Below, piece by piece: positions 51,017 through 61,180 of a DNA stretch of 64,000 nt. The stretch is from an uncultured Acidimicrobiia bacterium (lineage in GTDB: Bacteria > Acidobacteriota > Terriglobia > Versatilivoradales > Versatilivoraceae): contig CAWBAT010000007.1 in the NCBI GenBank assembly GCA_963786955.1, positions 96,001 through 160,000 on the forward strand. The letters run 5' to 3'. A model generated the notes under the pieces. That model saw only the letters and a program-made list of their open reading frames with translations, did not search any database and was not told where the DNA came from. Position numbers and translations under genes: made by a program. How positions within the stretch are numbered: the first letter of the stretch is position 1; the number at the start of each line of letters is the position of its first letter.

Positions 51017-51838
51017 GTGATCAATAACACTAGCATCCAACGATGGGACCGAATCACAGCCAAGTCCATCGATGCCCAATTCAGCCAGGCCATGCAACAG
51101 GGGCTGAACTGTTCGCCCTTCGAAGCCCAGATCATGGTGGAAAAGGTCCATGAGCTCTACGGTCCTCTGTTTGACTCCTCCACCTCCGTTCAGCCCGGTC
51201 AGATTCAAACCGTGGTGGTCGATGCCTCAGTGCCTCCTGGAATCCCTCTGGCTCAGGCAGTTCAGAAACGAGTGACCGTCACCTTGTTCGATCCCACCCA
51301 GGATGTGGAAACTCAAAAAACCGGAGGGATACCGGCTCTGCGTCAAAAACGCCTCTGTCGAATCTGCGAAGAGGCCTTCCAACAGGGAGGCTTGTTTACC
51401 TTAGAAGATCTCTCCGTCCTATTCAATTGTGGGGTCCGAACCTTGGTGGGAGATCTGGCTGCATTGCGTCAGAAAAAAATCATTCCCCCCTTGCGCTCTA
51501 CCGTCCAAGACATCGGCCGGGCCATTACTCACCGCCGCCTCATCGTTTCCCTCTGGTTGGAAGGTCGAGAGTATACGACATTGCGGCCCGAACTCATCAT
51601 GCGGTAGGGTCGGTCAGCAACTACGTCGAGAAATTCAAACGCTGTGTGGCCCTGCTGGCTAATGGGTTTGATGTCCCCACCACGGCTTTCCTGGTGCGGC
51701 TCTCTGCGCCCTTGACCGAGGAATTCCGCCAGCTCTATGCGTCGTCAAAACCAGCCCTCCACTGACAAGTGAGCTGGACAATTTCCTGAAAAAAAGCCCG
51801 CTCGTTCAGCCGCCCGCCGCGGCCGAAGGTTGCGATGA
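51017..51838 (+). pseudogene. DUF1670 gene A, copy 2
   Basis: GTG start after GAGGAGG; frameshift at ~51575 and premature TGA at 51763-65 relative to copy 1. Confidence 0.75.
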
Positions 51839-52580
51839 TGCCCCAACCTCAATCCGTCAAACACTACCGCTCGGCAGGCCGCCGCTTTCTGGAAGCCTCC
51901 ATCCAGCAGTTTCGAACTCAATGCCCCAAGCTCTTCGGCTCCCTACTGGCTCAACGATTAGCCGAGAAACTGGTCGAACTGGTTGAAAAATAGCTGCCCG
52001 CTAAAAATCATTTGCGCCCCGGGCAGATCGTCTGGAATGCCGTCTCCATTCACTCCCGGCCCGACAGCCCCCGCCTCCAGTTGGTCCCCGTGATCCTGAC
52101 GCTGATCTCCCCGTCTGATATCGAACAACTGGCCCAGGGCACCCGCATGTCCGCCATCGCTCAAAAGGCCGTCGCCCGTATCTGCCGCGAGGCCCAGCAA
52201 CAGGGAGCCTTGCTGACCATGCGAGACATCGGCCTGTTCACTTGGCGGCAAAACTCCGCTCTCTCCAGTCTGCGCCTCGCTTGGGAAACACACAACGCCA
52301 CCACCTTGCCTCACAGCGGCAGCTCCAAGACTTTGGCTCTTGCATCTCCCACAAGACCACCATCGTGCACAAAGCCATCTTGGAGAAGAAGGATCCCAAA
52401 ATCGTGGCCTTAGAAACCAAACATTCTCAAAAAGCCGTCGATCGTTATTTAAAGGATTTTCATCGCGTTCAAACCTGTTATCAGCACAATCCCAATCTGG
52501 ATTTCATCTGCCAGGTCACCGCTATGTCTCCGCACCTGGTCAAACAATACCTACACCTCATTAATGAAATCGAAGCCTAA
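51835..52580 (+). pseudogene. DUF1670 gene B, copy 2
   Basis: In-frame TAG at 51991-93 (CAG in copy 1) and a frameshift at ~52324. Confidence 0.75.
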
Positions 52581-52757
52581 CGAATGCTTAAAAAATTACT
52601 TGACACGCAAAATTGCCTAACGATGGGGCTCTCGAAGGAGGAAGCGGCCTCCTGCCGCTTCATAAATGCCCAAACCCCTAGGCGCCAGCTAGCTGGCGCC
52701 GGCCAAGGCGGCAGCACGCTGCCGCACTCCAAGGGACTCACCTAAAATATTCCCCCA

Positions 52758-53789
52758 TTAAAACACTTTCCAGTAAGATCCGAAGTTTGCTTTTGATTTA
52801 GCCTGAATGACTTCAAATAGTTCACTGGGCCTCCAGGAACGCGGCGGGCTGCCATGTCCTGTCAGTTCGTCCAGAGTCTTGAGCACGCTGGTCTGCAGCC
52901 CTTTGAGATGGTAACCACCCTCCAATAAGAAAACCACTTTCCCGTCACAGACGTCCTGGGCAAGCGAAAGAATGGTTTGCGTGATCCCCGCAAATCCCGC
53001 GGGGGTCACTTCCATTCCAGCAAGAGGATCTTCAACGTAAGCGTCATAGCCCGCAGAGACAAGGATAAGATCGGGACGGTAGGATTTCCCAATCGGCGCG
53101 ATGATCTTGTCGAATACTAGATTATACGTGTCATCACTGGAATGGGCTGGAAGAGGAAAATTTATAGTAAACCCGACGCCTTCTTTTTCGCCGATTTCAG
53201 GGAAATTCCCTGTCCCCGGATAAAACGGAAATTGGTGTGTCGAGACATATAGGACATCGGAGCGGTTATAGAAGGCATTCTGCGTCCCATTGCCATGGTG
53301 TACGTCAAAATCAATGACCAAGATTCTTGAAAGCCGGTATTTTTCCAAGGCATACGCCGCTCCTATGGCTACATTGCTAAAGAGGCAAAAACCCATACTC
53401 CGGTCAGGTTCCGCGTGATGTCCCGGTGGACGTACGAACCCAAAACCATTTTGGATTTCCCCGGCTTCGACCGCATCGATCAGAACCAACAGACTCCCTA
53501 CCGCATGCAGAGCCACTTCATAACTTTCAGCGCTGGCAATGGTATCTGCATCCAGCTGGGTACGAGGTTTCCCGGATGTCTGTTGAATGGTGCGGATATA
53601 AGATGTCGGGTGAATGAGCCGGAGTTCTTCTTCTGTAGCGCGCCGTGGCTTGAAATGAACCAAATGATCGTGGTGCCCATAGGTCCGAAGACCCTCTCCG
53701 ACAGCAATCAGTCTCTCTTTTCTCTCAGGATGGTAGAGTCCGGTGTCATGGAGCAGAAACATATCATCGTGGACAATTCCTGTTGTCAT
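52758..53789 (-). CDS. Histone deacetylase-family (AcuC/AphA-like) protein
   Basis: HPE, RPPGHHA, GFC, DFDVHHGNGTQ, SAGYD and LEGGY. Confidence 0.93.
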   Translation of the reverse strand: MTTGIVHDDMFLLHDTGLYHPERKERLIAVGEGLRTYGHHDHLVHFKPRRATEEELRLIHPTSYIRTIQQTSGKPRTQLDADTIASAESYEVALHAVGSLLVLIDAVEAGEIQNGFGFVRPPGHHAEPDRSMGFCLFSNVAIGAAYALEKYRLSRILVIDFDVHHGNGTQNAFYNRSDVLYVSTHQFPFYPGTGNFPEIGEKEGVGFTINFPLPAHSSDDTYNLVFDKIIAPIGKSYRPDLILVSAGYDAYVEDPLAGMEVTPAGFAGITQTILSLAQDVCDGKVVFLLEGGYHLKGLQTSVLKTLDELTGHGSPPRSWRPSELFEVIQAKSKANFGSYWKVF

Positions 53790-54994
53790 GGGCAGCTATT
53801 CTTAATCCAACCGCCTCCGATGACATTTTCCGCTTCATAAAACACAACAGCCTGGCCAGGAGTAATGGCACGTTGTGGTTCATCGAATTCAACATAGACC
53901 GATCCCTCTTCAGCAAGGCTGACCGTGGCTGGCGCCGCCAGATGACGGCTGCGAATTTGAGCCTCGACACGGATCGGTGAGGTGAGCTTTTCGATGGAGA
54001 TCCAATTCAGTTGATGAGCGATCAGTGCCTGCTTCAGCAAACCTTCAGGCTCTCCCACAACCACACGGCTGTTTTCTACGTCGGTCTGGATCACATAGAG
54101 TGGCTTGCCGACGGCCACTCCCAATCCTCTTCGCTGCCCCACGGTGTACTGATGGATCCCGGTATGATGACCCAATACCGTGCCCTCCTCGTTTACAATT
54201 TCCCCGGGCCGCACGATTCCTGCCGGAGAGGATGTCTGCCTGGAAGCACGGGCTGAGGCGGAAACGGTCACGGGAGCGGGTTCAATGCCCTCTTCTGCTC
54301 CCGCCAGCGTTTCTGCCAGATAATTTTCCACGAATTCTCCGTAGTCCTTGCTTGGAATGAAACAAATCTCCTGGCTGTCTGGCTTCTCAAAAACGGGCAA
54401 ATGATATTTCTCAGCCATTGCCCGAACCGTCGTCTTAGGAAATTCTCCTAAGGGAAAGATCACTCGACCGAGCTGAGCCTGGGTCATTTCAAAAAGGAAA
54501 TAAGACTGATCCCGATTGCGATCAACCCCCCGCAACAATTCGAAGCGCCCAGTGCCCTGGTTCTGCCGGATTCTGGCGTAGTGCCCCGTCGCCATCGTGC
54601 TGGCTCCAATTTGCCCCGCTCGCGTCAATAATTGATCAAACTTCATGAACGTATTACAACGAACACACGGAATGGGAGTTTCGCCAGCCAAGTAGGATTG
54701 CACGAATGGAAGGACCACTTCCTTTTCGAAAGCTTTCTCGAAATTGACCACATAGAATGGAATATTCAAGTAAGTGGCGACGCGTCGGGCGTCATAGATG
54801 TCGTCGATCGAGCAACAGGTTCCGGATTTCTTCAGCTCCTCTTCGGTTCTTCCGGAGGTGGACTCCGGGCGGGTGTAGTCCCACAGCTGCATGGACAGGC
54901 CAATCACGTCGTATCCCTGCTCTCTAAGCAAGGCTGCCGTCGTCGAGCTGTCGACTCCTCCACTCATGGCCACAACAATTTTTTCTTGCGTCAA
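53786..54994 (-). CDS. mnmA: tRNA-specific 2-thiouridylase MnmA
   Basis: AMSGGVDSS, ATGHYA, DQSYFL, DSQEICF, YTVGQRRG and TPGQAVVFY. Confidence 0.97.
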   Translation of the reverse strand: MTQEKIVVAMSGGVDSSTTAALLREQGYDVIGLSMQLWDYTRPESTSGRTEEELKKSGTCCSIDDIYDARRVATYLNIPFYVVNFEKAFEKEVVLPFVQSYLAGETPIPCVRCNTFMKFDQLLTRAGQIGASTMATGHYARIRQNQGTGRFELLRGVDRNRDQSYFLFEMTQAQLGRVIFPLGEFPKTTVRAMAEKYHLPVFEKPDSQEICFIPSKDYGEFVENYLAETLAGAEEGIEPAPVTVSASARASRQTSSPAGIVRPGEIVNEEGTVLGHHTGIHQYTVGQRRGLGVAVGKPLYVIQTDVENSRVVVGEPEGLLKQALIAHQLNWISIEKLTSPIRVEAQIRSRHLAAPATVSLAEEGSVYVEFDEPQRAITPGQAVVFYEAENVIGGGWIKNSCP

Positions 54995-55045
54995 AATAGC
55001 CTTCCTTCTCTAAACCTAGGCGTACGATTAAGATCCAAAAACGGT

Positions 55046-56212
55046 TTAATATTTTGCAATCCCTTGTGGTGTCATGAGTCGCAGTCGGCGGACCATAGCC
55101 GGAAGCAAACGGATCACCTCATTCACTTCTTCCTCTGTACTGTAACGGGAAAAGCTGAAGCGGACTGACTGAAAAGCTTCCTCCGGGGAAAATCCCAGCG
55201 CCAGCAAGACATGGGAGGGCTCGATCGAGCCGGATGAACAGGCTGACCCGGTTGAGCAGGCGACACCTGACAAATCGAGATTGATCACCATTGCTTCCGA
55301 TTCCACGTCTTCAAATCGAAGATTGGAAGTATTGGGAATACGCAGATCAGGATCGCCATTTACAGAAACCCCAGGCATGTTCTCGATCACCTTGCTTTCG
55401 AAGTCATTTCTAAGTGCAGCCATATTCAGTGATACTTCTGCAAGCTGAGTCTCCGCCATTTCAGCCGCCATCCCCAAGCCTACAATCTGGGGGACGTTTT
55501 CGGTTCCTGCTCGCCGGCTTCTTTCGTGTCCACCTCCATAAATGAGAGGATGCAGACGTGTGCCTTTGCGAACGTATAATGCGCCGATCCCTTTGGGGGC
55601 ATGAAATTTATGCCCGGCCAAGGAAAGCAGATCGACACCCAATGTGTTAACGTCGAGCGGCACTTTCCCGGCTGCCTGTACGGCATCCGTATGAAAATAA
55701 ATGTTATGTTCGCTGGCAATCTCGCCAATGTCTCGAAGGGGCTGAATGGTTCCGATTTCGTTGTTCGAATGCATGATACTGACTAACAAGGTATCCGGAC
55801 CGATCGACTTCCTGACTTCCAACGGGTCAACATGACCCTTCCCGTCGACCCTTAAGTACGTCACTTCGACGCCAATTTTTTGCAGCTCCCGGCAGGTGTA
55901 GAGGACGGCAGGGTGCTCAATTTCGGTGGTGATCATGTGCTTTTTCGCTCTGACCGAGGATTCAATGATGCCGCGGATGGCCAAATTGTCGCTTTCGGTG
56001 CCTCCACTGGTGAAAACGATCTCGTTCGGCTCTGCGCCAATCAGTTGAGCTACTTGCTGACGGGCTCGATCCAATGCAGCTTTGGCCTCTTGACCAAAAC
56101 CGTGAACACTAGAGGGGTTTCCATAGCTGTCACGATAGTAGGGCAGCATGGCCTCTAATACTTCGGGGGCAACTTGGGTGGTGGCATTATTGTCGAAATA
56201 GATTCTCTTCAT
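55046..56212 (-). CDS. iscS: Cysteine desulfurase (IscS/NifS family)
   Basis: YFDNNATT, GNPSS, FTSGGTE, HTDAVQ, HKFHAPKG and STGSACSSG. Confidence 0.93.
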   Translation of the reverse strand: MKRIYFDNNATTQVAPEVLEAMLPYYRDSYGNPSSVHGFGQEAKAALDRARQQVAQLIGAEPNEIVFTSGGTESDNLAIRGIIESSVRAKKHMITTEIEHPAVLYTCRELQKIGVEVTYLRVDGKGHVDPLEVRKSIGPDTLLVSIMHSNNEIGTIQPLRDIGEIASEHNIYFHTDAVQAAGKVPLDVNTLGVDLLSLAGHKFHAPKGIGALYVRKGTRLHPLIYGGGHERSRRAGTENVPQIVGLGMAAEMAETQLAEVSLNMAALRNDFESKVIENMPGVSVNGDPDLRIPNTSNLRFEDVESEAMVINLDLSGVACSTGSACSSGSIEPSHVLLALGFSPEEAFQSVRFSFSRYSTEEEVNEVIRLLPAMVRRLRLMTPQGIAKY

Positions 56213-56489
56213 AATTTCCTACGGTCAACGATTCCTCGACTTCTCAAGCCTTTAAGTATAACTGAAAGAGTACGGAAACTGACGAAAAAGAGTCTGTTTG
56301 CGGATGGGAAAGCGGTGGTGGTGCGGCGTCGGCTCTGATGGCAAATGAATTCAATAAAAGGATGGAAAGGATTTCCAGAAACTAGATTATCCTTGTTTCA
56401 TCCACTTCGTTGAATTGGTCAATCCTCGATCTATTAGCAAGTTTCACCTTCTTCCCCTAGAACAGACTAGCCAAATTGCCTGAAACCTG

Positions 56490-56518
56490 TTGACCACAAA
56501 AGAGGTATCTGTTAAGTT
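56490..56518 (+). promoter_or_regulatory. Putative sigma70 promoter for thrS
   Basis: TTGACC-17 nt-TAAGTT with an extended -10 TG, about 70 nt upstream of the ATG. Confidence 0.5.
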
Positions 56519-56586
56519 ACAGCATTTGTTTGAAGGGCTGTGTGGCGATCATCCCTTGGCAGCCTGGATGGATGATTTCTATAATT

Positions 56587-58512
56587 ATGAAGGAAATTAC
56601 GATCACCCTGCCCGACGGCGGGCACAAAAAATTTGGAGAAGGCGTCAAAGCAGTTGAAATTGCTCAATCCATTAGCAGGGGACTGGCGGACGCAGCAGTC
56701 GTAGCGAGGGTTAACGGGAAACTCATCGATTTGTCGAGGCCCATTGAAGAGGATTCAACCGTAGCGATACTTACCGCGAAGAATCCGGAATCCTTAGCCG
56801 TCTATCGTCATAGTTCCGCTCACCTACTGGCTTTGGCTGTGACCACGCTCTTCCCTGAAGTTCAGCTCGGGATTGGACCTCCTGTTGAGAATGGTTTCTT
56901 CTACGATTTCTATCGCGAACACCCATTTACCGCCGAGGACCTGGAAAAGATCGAAAAGAAGATGGGGGAGTTCATTCAGCAGGACCTGCCCTATGAACGG
57001 ATCATGATGGATAAGGCAGAGGGGATGGAATGGTTTCGCCAGCACGGAGCCACACTGAAGGTTGAACTCATCACAGAGAAAGCGGAAGATCGTTTCTCTT
57101 GTTATACCGTTGGGACGCTAGTCGATTTCTGTTTAGGCCCTCACGTCCCTTCAACGGGTAAGATCAAGGCCATTAAGCTGCTTTCTGTGGCAGGCGCTTA
57201 TTGGAAAGGCGATGAGCGAAATCTCCAATTACAGCGGATATACGGAACCTCGTTTTTTTCGAAGCAGGAACTGGACGACTTCCTGAAACAGCTGGAGGAG
57301 GCCAAGAAAAGGGATCATCGGAAGATCGGAAAAGATTTGGACCTATTTAGCCTTCAGGAACAAGCGGGTCCAGGTTTGGTCTTCTGGCATCCTAAAGGGG
57401 CATTGATTCGCTCCGAAATTGAAAATTTCTGGAAGGCCGAACATTTGCGCGCGGGCTACGATTTCGTTTACACGCCGCACATTGCCAAGCTTGATTTGTG
57501 GCGGACGAGCGGGCACGTCGATTTTTATAAGGACAGTATGTATTCTGTCATGAAAATTGACGAAACGGATTACCAGCTCAAGCCCATGAATTGTCCCTTT
57601 CACATCCTGATCTATAAGAACGATCTCAAGAGTTACCGCGATCTTCCGTTGCGCTACGCCGAAGCGGGGACAGTCTATCGTTACGAACGCTCCGGGGTTT
57701 TGGCGGGGCTTTTCCGCGTTCGGGGCTTTACTCAGGATGATGCCCATATCTTCTGCCAGCCTGAAAAGATCGAAGAGGAGATTCAAGGAGTTATTGATTT
57801 CACCCTGCATATCCTCAAGAGTTTCGGGTTTGTCGATTTTGAAATTTGCGTGTCAACGCGCCCAGAGAAATTTGTTGGGAGCCTGGAAGACTGGCAGCGA
57901 GCGGAAGAGGCGTTGAAGCGATCCGTCGAGGCAAAGAAATTGTCCTATAGCGTGGAAGAGGGCGGGGGAGCCTTTTACGGGCCTAAAATCGACGTGAAGA
58001 TCAAAGACGCCATCGGGCGCTCCTGGCAATGTTCGACAATCCAGTTCGATTTTAATTTGCCAGAGCGGTTCGATATTTCCTACATCGGAGAGGATGGAAA
58101 GCCCCACCGTCCTTACATGGTTCATCGGGCGTTGTTAGGGTCAATGGAGCGGTTTTTTGGGGTGCTGATTGAGCACTATGCTGGGGCGTTTCCTTTATGG
58201 CTTGCTCCGGTGCAGGTGATCTTGTTACCCATCAGCGAACGGCATATCAGTAGGGTTCAAGAACTGGAGACCAACTTGAATGCCGCTCAGTTTAGGACGA
58301 AATCTGATCTGAAAAATGAGAAGATGGGTCTGAAGATTCGCCGTGCCCAACTGGAAAAAATTCCTTACATGGTTGTCATCGGGGACAAGGAAGCTGAAAA
58401 TGGGACGCTCTCAGTGCGGAACCGGTTTGAAGGAGATATGGGTTCCATGTCCTACGAACAATTTCTTAGTTTGATTCAAGGTTTGAAAACGACTCGAGCC
58501 GTAAAACCCTAA
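56587..58512 (+). CDS. thrS: Threonine--tRNA ligase
   Basis: TGS domain, HSSAHLLA, RDHRKIG, KPMNCP, RVRGFTQDDAH and GAFYGPKID. Confidence 0.98.
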   Translation: MKEITITLPDGGHKKFGEGVKAVEIAQSISRGLADAAVVARVNGKLIDLSRPIEEDSTVAILTAKNPESLAVYRHSSAHLLALAVTTLFPEVQLGIGPPVENGFFYDFYREHPFTAEDLEKIEKKMGEFIQQDLPYERIMMDKAEGMEWFRQHGATLKVELITEKAEDRFSCYTVGTLVDFCLGPHVPSTGKIKAIKLLSVAGAYWKGDERNLQLQRIYGTSFFSKQELDDFLKQLEEAKKRDHRKIGKDLDLFSLQEQAGPGLVFWHPKGALIRSEIENFWKAEHLRAGYDFVYTPHIAKLDLWRTSGHVDFYKDSMYSVMKIDETDYQLKPMNCPFHILIYKNDLKSYRDLPLRYAEAGTVYRYERSGVLAGLFRVRGFTQDDAHIFCQPEKIEEEIQGVIDFTLHILKSFGFVDFEICVSTRPEKFVGSLEDWQRAEEALKRSVEAKKLSYSVEEGGGAFYGPKIDVKIKDAIGRSWQCSTIQFDFNLPERFDISYIGEDGKPHRPYMVHRALLGSMERFFGVLIEHYAGAFPLWLAPVQVILLPISERHISRVQELETNLNAAQFRTKSDLKNEKMGLKIRRAQLEKIPYMVVIGDKEAENGTLSVRNRFEGDMGSMSYEQFLSLIQGLKTTRAVKP

Positions 58513-58550
58513 ATCGCCATTGGCGTCAGACGAAAAACGGAGGTACAGGT

Positions 58551-59063
58551 ATCAACAAACAGAGCATTCGAATTAATGATCGGATCAGGGCCCGCGAGCT
58601 TCGTGTGATCGATGAGGAAGGGAACCAACTGGGAATTATGACTCCTGTGGATGCCCTAAATTTGGCGAAGTCAAAGGATTTGGATCTTGTGGAAGTATCT
58701 CCGACTGCCCAGCCGCCGGTTTGTCGGATCATGAATTATGGGAAGTTCCTTTACCAGCTTAGTAAAAGGGCGCACGAGGCCAAAAAACATCAAAAAGTAA
58801 TTCAGGTCAAGGAAATAAAGTTTCGTCCCATGACCGATGAACATGATTATGAGTTCAAGAGAAATAACATCCTCCGATTCTTGGAAGAAGGGGATAAGGT
58901 AAAAGCGGGAGTGATGTTTCGAGGACGGGAAGTCACTCACAAGGAGATTGGACGTCAGCTCATCGCAAGACTCATCGCAGACGTTTCCCCCAAGGGGAAT
59001 GTCGAAGGAAACCCGAGAATGGAAGGCAACAACATGTTTGTGATATTTGCTCCAAAGAAATAG
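58551..59063 (+). CDS. infC: Translation initiation factor IF-3 (ATC start codon)
   Basis: GGAGGT RBS then ATC AAC AAA..., in frame with RINDRIRARELRVID, DLVEVSP..PPVCRIMNYGK and KEIKFRP. Confidence 0.95.
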   Translation: MNKQSIRINDRIRARELRVIDEEGNQLGIMTPVDALNLAKSKDLDLVEVSPTAQPPVCRIMNYGKFLYQLSKRAHEAKKHQKVIQVKEIKFRPMTDEHDYEFKRNNILRFLEEGDKVKAGVMFRGREVTHKEIGRQLIARLIADVSPKGNVEGNPRMEGNNMFVIFAPKK

Positions 59064-59112
59064 CTCGGGATGAATGGACTTAAAGATTGATATATTGAAG
59101 AGGAGAATAGAA

Positions 59113-59310
59113 GTGCCAAAACTGAAAACACATAAAGGGGCCAAGAAACGTTTTAGCTTCACGGCTACCGGTAAGGTCAAGAGGGGACATTCGCATGCGC
59201 GTCACATTTTGACCAAAAAGACGACCAAGCGGAAAAGAAAGCTAGATCATACAGCGCTGGTGTGTGCTTCGGAAACGGCCAAGATTCGGCTTATGCTCCC
59301 GTATGCCTGA
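59113..59310 (+). CDS. rpmI: 50S ribosomal protein L35
   Basis: GTG after AGGAG; [14 protein letters not shown]. Confidence 0.97.
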   Translation: MPKLKTHKGAKKRFSFTATGKVKRGHSHARHILTKKTTKRKRKLDHTALVCASETAKIRLMLPYA

Positions 59311-59428
59311 TCGCCTATTGGGAAAAGGGGACACTGAATCTCGAGACGATTCAGCGCTTCCCGCGTAGTCTGAAATCGCCCTACGGGATCGTATTTGTCT
59401 GACGCATTTTTATTGAGGAGAAGATCGA

Positions 59429-59788
59429 GTGCCAAGAGTAAAAAGAGGAACCACCCGGCGGGACCGGAGGAAAAAAACTTTAAAGCTGGCTTCAGGCTTC
59501 CGAGGAACGAAGAGTAAGCTTTATCGCTCTGCCAAGGAAGCTGTAATCAAGTCGTTGAAGTACTCGATGCGTGACCGTAGGGTCCGCAAGCGAGATTTTC
59601 GTAGGCTGTGGATTGTCAGAATTGGAGCCGCCGCAAAATTGAATGGATTGTCTTATAATCGGTTTATTTCGGGATTAAAACGGTCTGGGATCGACTTGGA
59701 CCGAAAAATTCTGGCGGATATGGCAGTCAAAGAACCGGAAGCCTTCGCACAGTTAGTCACTACGGCCAAACAGGCGCTGGCTGCTTAG
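59429..59788 (+). CDS. rplT: 50S ribosomal protein L20
   Basis: [22 protein letters not shown] and LDRKILAD. Confidence 0.98.
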   Translation: MPRVKRGTTRRDRRKKTLKLASGFRGTKSKLYRSAKEAVIKSLKYSMRDRRVRKRDFRRLWIVRIGAAAKLNGLSYNRFISGLKRSGIDLDRKILADMAVKEPEAFAQLVTTAKQALAA

Positions 59789-59924
59789 CGCAATTGCAAT
59801 TAATCAATGATACAAGTCCGGCTCGCATCACTCAATCCCCCCTTGCCAAGGGAATGGGTGAAAGAATTTTGCTGGGTCGGAAATGAATTGTTGAGAAGGC
59901 GTCATGCCTACAACACGGTGGCAG

Positions 59925-59981
59925 GCCCTTTGAAATTATTGTAGGCTTGGGGCTTTGTCAAAGCCCCAACCTCACGCGGCG
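59925..59981. repeat. GTAG-type REP
   Basis: GTAGGCTTGGGGCTTTGTCAAAGCCCCAACC; same family as 27930 and 48673. Confidence 0.7.
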
Positions 59982-60092
59982 TGACCCAATTTTTTCACAC
60001 CTTCTTGGGGACTATTTGGGGAGGGTGAAGAATTTCCGGTGATCCGCTCTTTCCTGGAATCGAAATCATTCAAGACAGTTTGAGGACAAGGA

Positions 60093-60115
60093 ATGGGGCC
60101 GATGGCCCCATTTTT
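60093..60115 (+). terminator. Putative intrinsic terminator upstream of pheS
   Basis: ATGGGGCC-GAT-GGCCCCAT followed by TTTT. Confidence 0.5.
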
Positions 60116-60153
60116 CATCTGTGGTATAGCCTAACGTTGAATTGAATAATCTC

Positions 60154-61176
60154 ATGATTGAAAAGATTGAAACGATTCGAAGCGGGCTCGCTAAGGAGCT
60201 CTCTGAAGTGAGTTCGGTTCAGGCGCTGGCTTCACTGCGAGACAAATTTCTTGGACGCAAGAAAGGAGTGCTGACTTTGATGATGAAGGACCTCCAGTCG
60301 CTGGCATCGGAACAGCGAAGAGAGGCCGGCAGGCAGTTGAATCTACTAAAGGATTGGGTAGAGAAGACCCTGCAGGACGAAGAACAGCGTCTGGCTGCTC
60401 ATGCTCTGAAGGCGGAACTTGCTGCCGAGATGATTGATATTACCATGCCGGGGAAGCGACGTCCCATCGGGCATATTCACCTTTTGACCCAGGTCCGAAC
60501 GGAAATCGAAGACATTTTCAGCTCCATGGGATATTCGATAGAGGATGGCCCCGAGATCGAGACCACCTTTCATAACTTTGAAGCGCTCAATATCCCCAAA
60601 CAGCATCCGGCCCGAGACGCTCAAGATACTTTCTATATTACCGAAAACTTGGTCCTTCGGACTCATACGTCGCCTGTGCAGGTACGGGTCATGAAAAGCC
60701 AGAAACCCCCGCTTAGGATCATCTGCCCCGGCAAGGTCTATCGCCGTGACAATCCGGATGCCACTCATTCTCCAGCATTCCAACAGGTTGAGGGTCTAGC
60801 TGTCGATGAAGGAATCACCTTTCGCGATCTTAAAGGAACCCTGGAGTATTTTTTGAAAGCATTTTTCAGCGCAAAGACGATCGTACGCTTCCGTCCCAGC
60901 TATTTTGCGTTTACCGAACCCAGTGCGGAAGTCGACATCTCATGCATCTTCTGCAAGGGAGCCGGCTGTCGGATCTGTAAGATGTCTGGCTGGATAGAAG
61001 TGCTTGGAGCCGGGATGGTTGACCCAGCGGTCTTCGATGGCGTGGGTTACGATTCGGAGAAGTATACCGGGTTTGCCTTTGGAGTGGGGATCGAGCGTTT
61101 TGCCATGCTGAAGTATTCCATCAATAACATTCAATACTTCTATGAAAGTGACATGCGGTTCTTGGAGCAGTTTTGA
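60154..61176 (+). CDS. pheS: Phenylalanine--tRNA ligase alpha subunit
   Basis: HPARDAQDTF, LRTHTSPVQ, FRPSYFAFTEPS and GFAFGVGIER. Confidence 0.98.
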   Translation: MIEKIETIRSGLAKELSEVSSVQALASLRDKFLGRKKGVLTLMMKDLQSLASEQRREAGRQLNLLKDWVEKTLQDEEQRLAAHALKAELAAEMIDITMPGKRRPIGHIHLLTQVRTEIEDIFSSMGYSIEDGPEIETTFHNFEALNIPKQHPARDAQDTFYITENLVLRTHTSPVQVRVMKSQKPPLRIICPGKVYRRDNPDATHSPAFQQVEGLAVDEGITFRDLKGTLEYFLKAFFSAKTIVRFRPSYFAFTEPSAEVDISCIFCKGAGCRICKMSGWIEVLGAGMVDPAVFDGVGYDSEKYTGFAFGVGIERFAMLKYSINNIQYFYESDMRFLEQF

Positions 61177-61180
61177 AAAG

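Larger units (their letters stand above)
50911..52620 (+). mobile_element. Putative DUF1670 two-gene insertion element, copy 2 (decayed, 1710 bp)
   Basis: Ends TAGTTGTGCAATATTGC...CACGCAAAATTGCCTAA, flanked by a CGA direct repeat (50908-10, 52621-23). The empty site is the hairpin GCCCC-GAT-GGGGC. Confidence 0.75.

Noticed and set aside
48832-52620. A single 3.8 kb IS with ~22-bp terminal inverted repeats, or a simple inverted duplication
   Set aside because: Each half has its own left end and its own direct repeat (TTA versus CGA), and each restores a separate hairpin target; the copies are also substantially diverged.
56520-56586. tRNA gene or tRNA-mimicking operator upstream of thrS
   Set aside because: Only short imperfect stems; no T-loop (GTTCRA) or clear cloverleaf.
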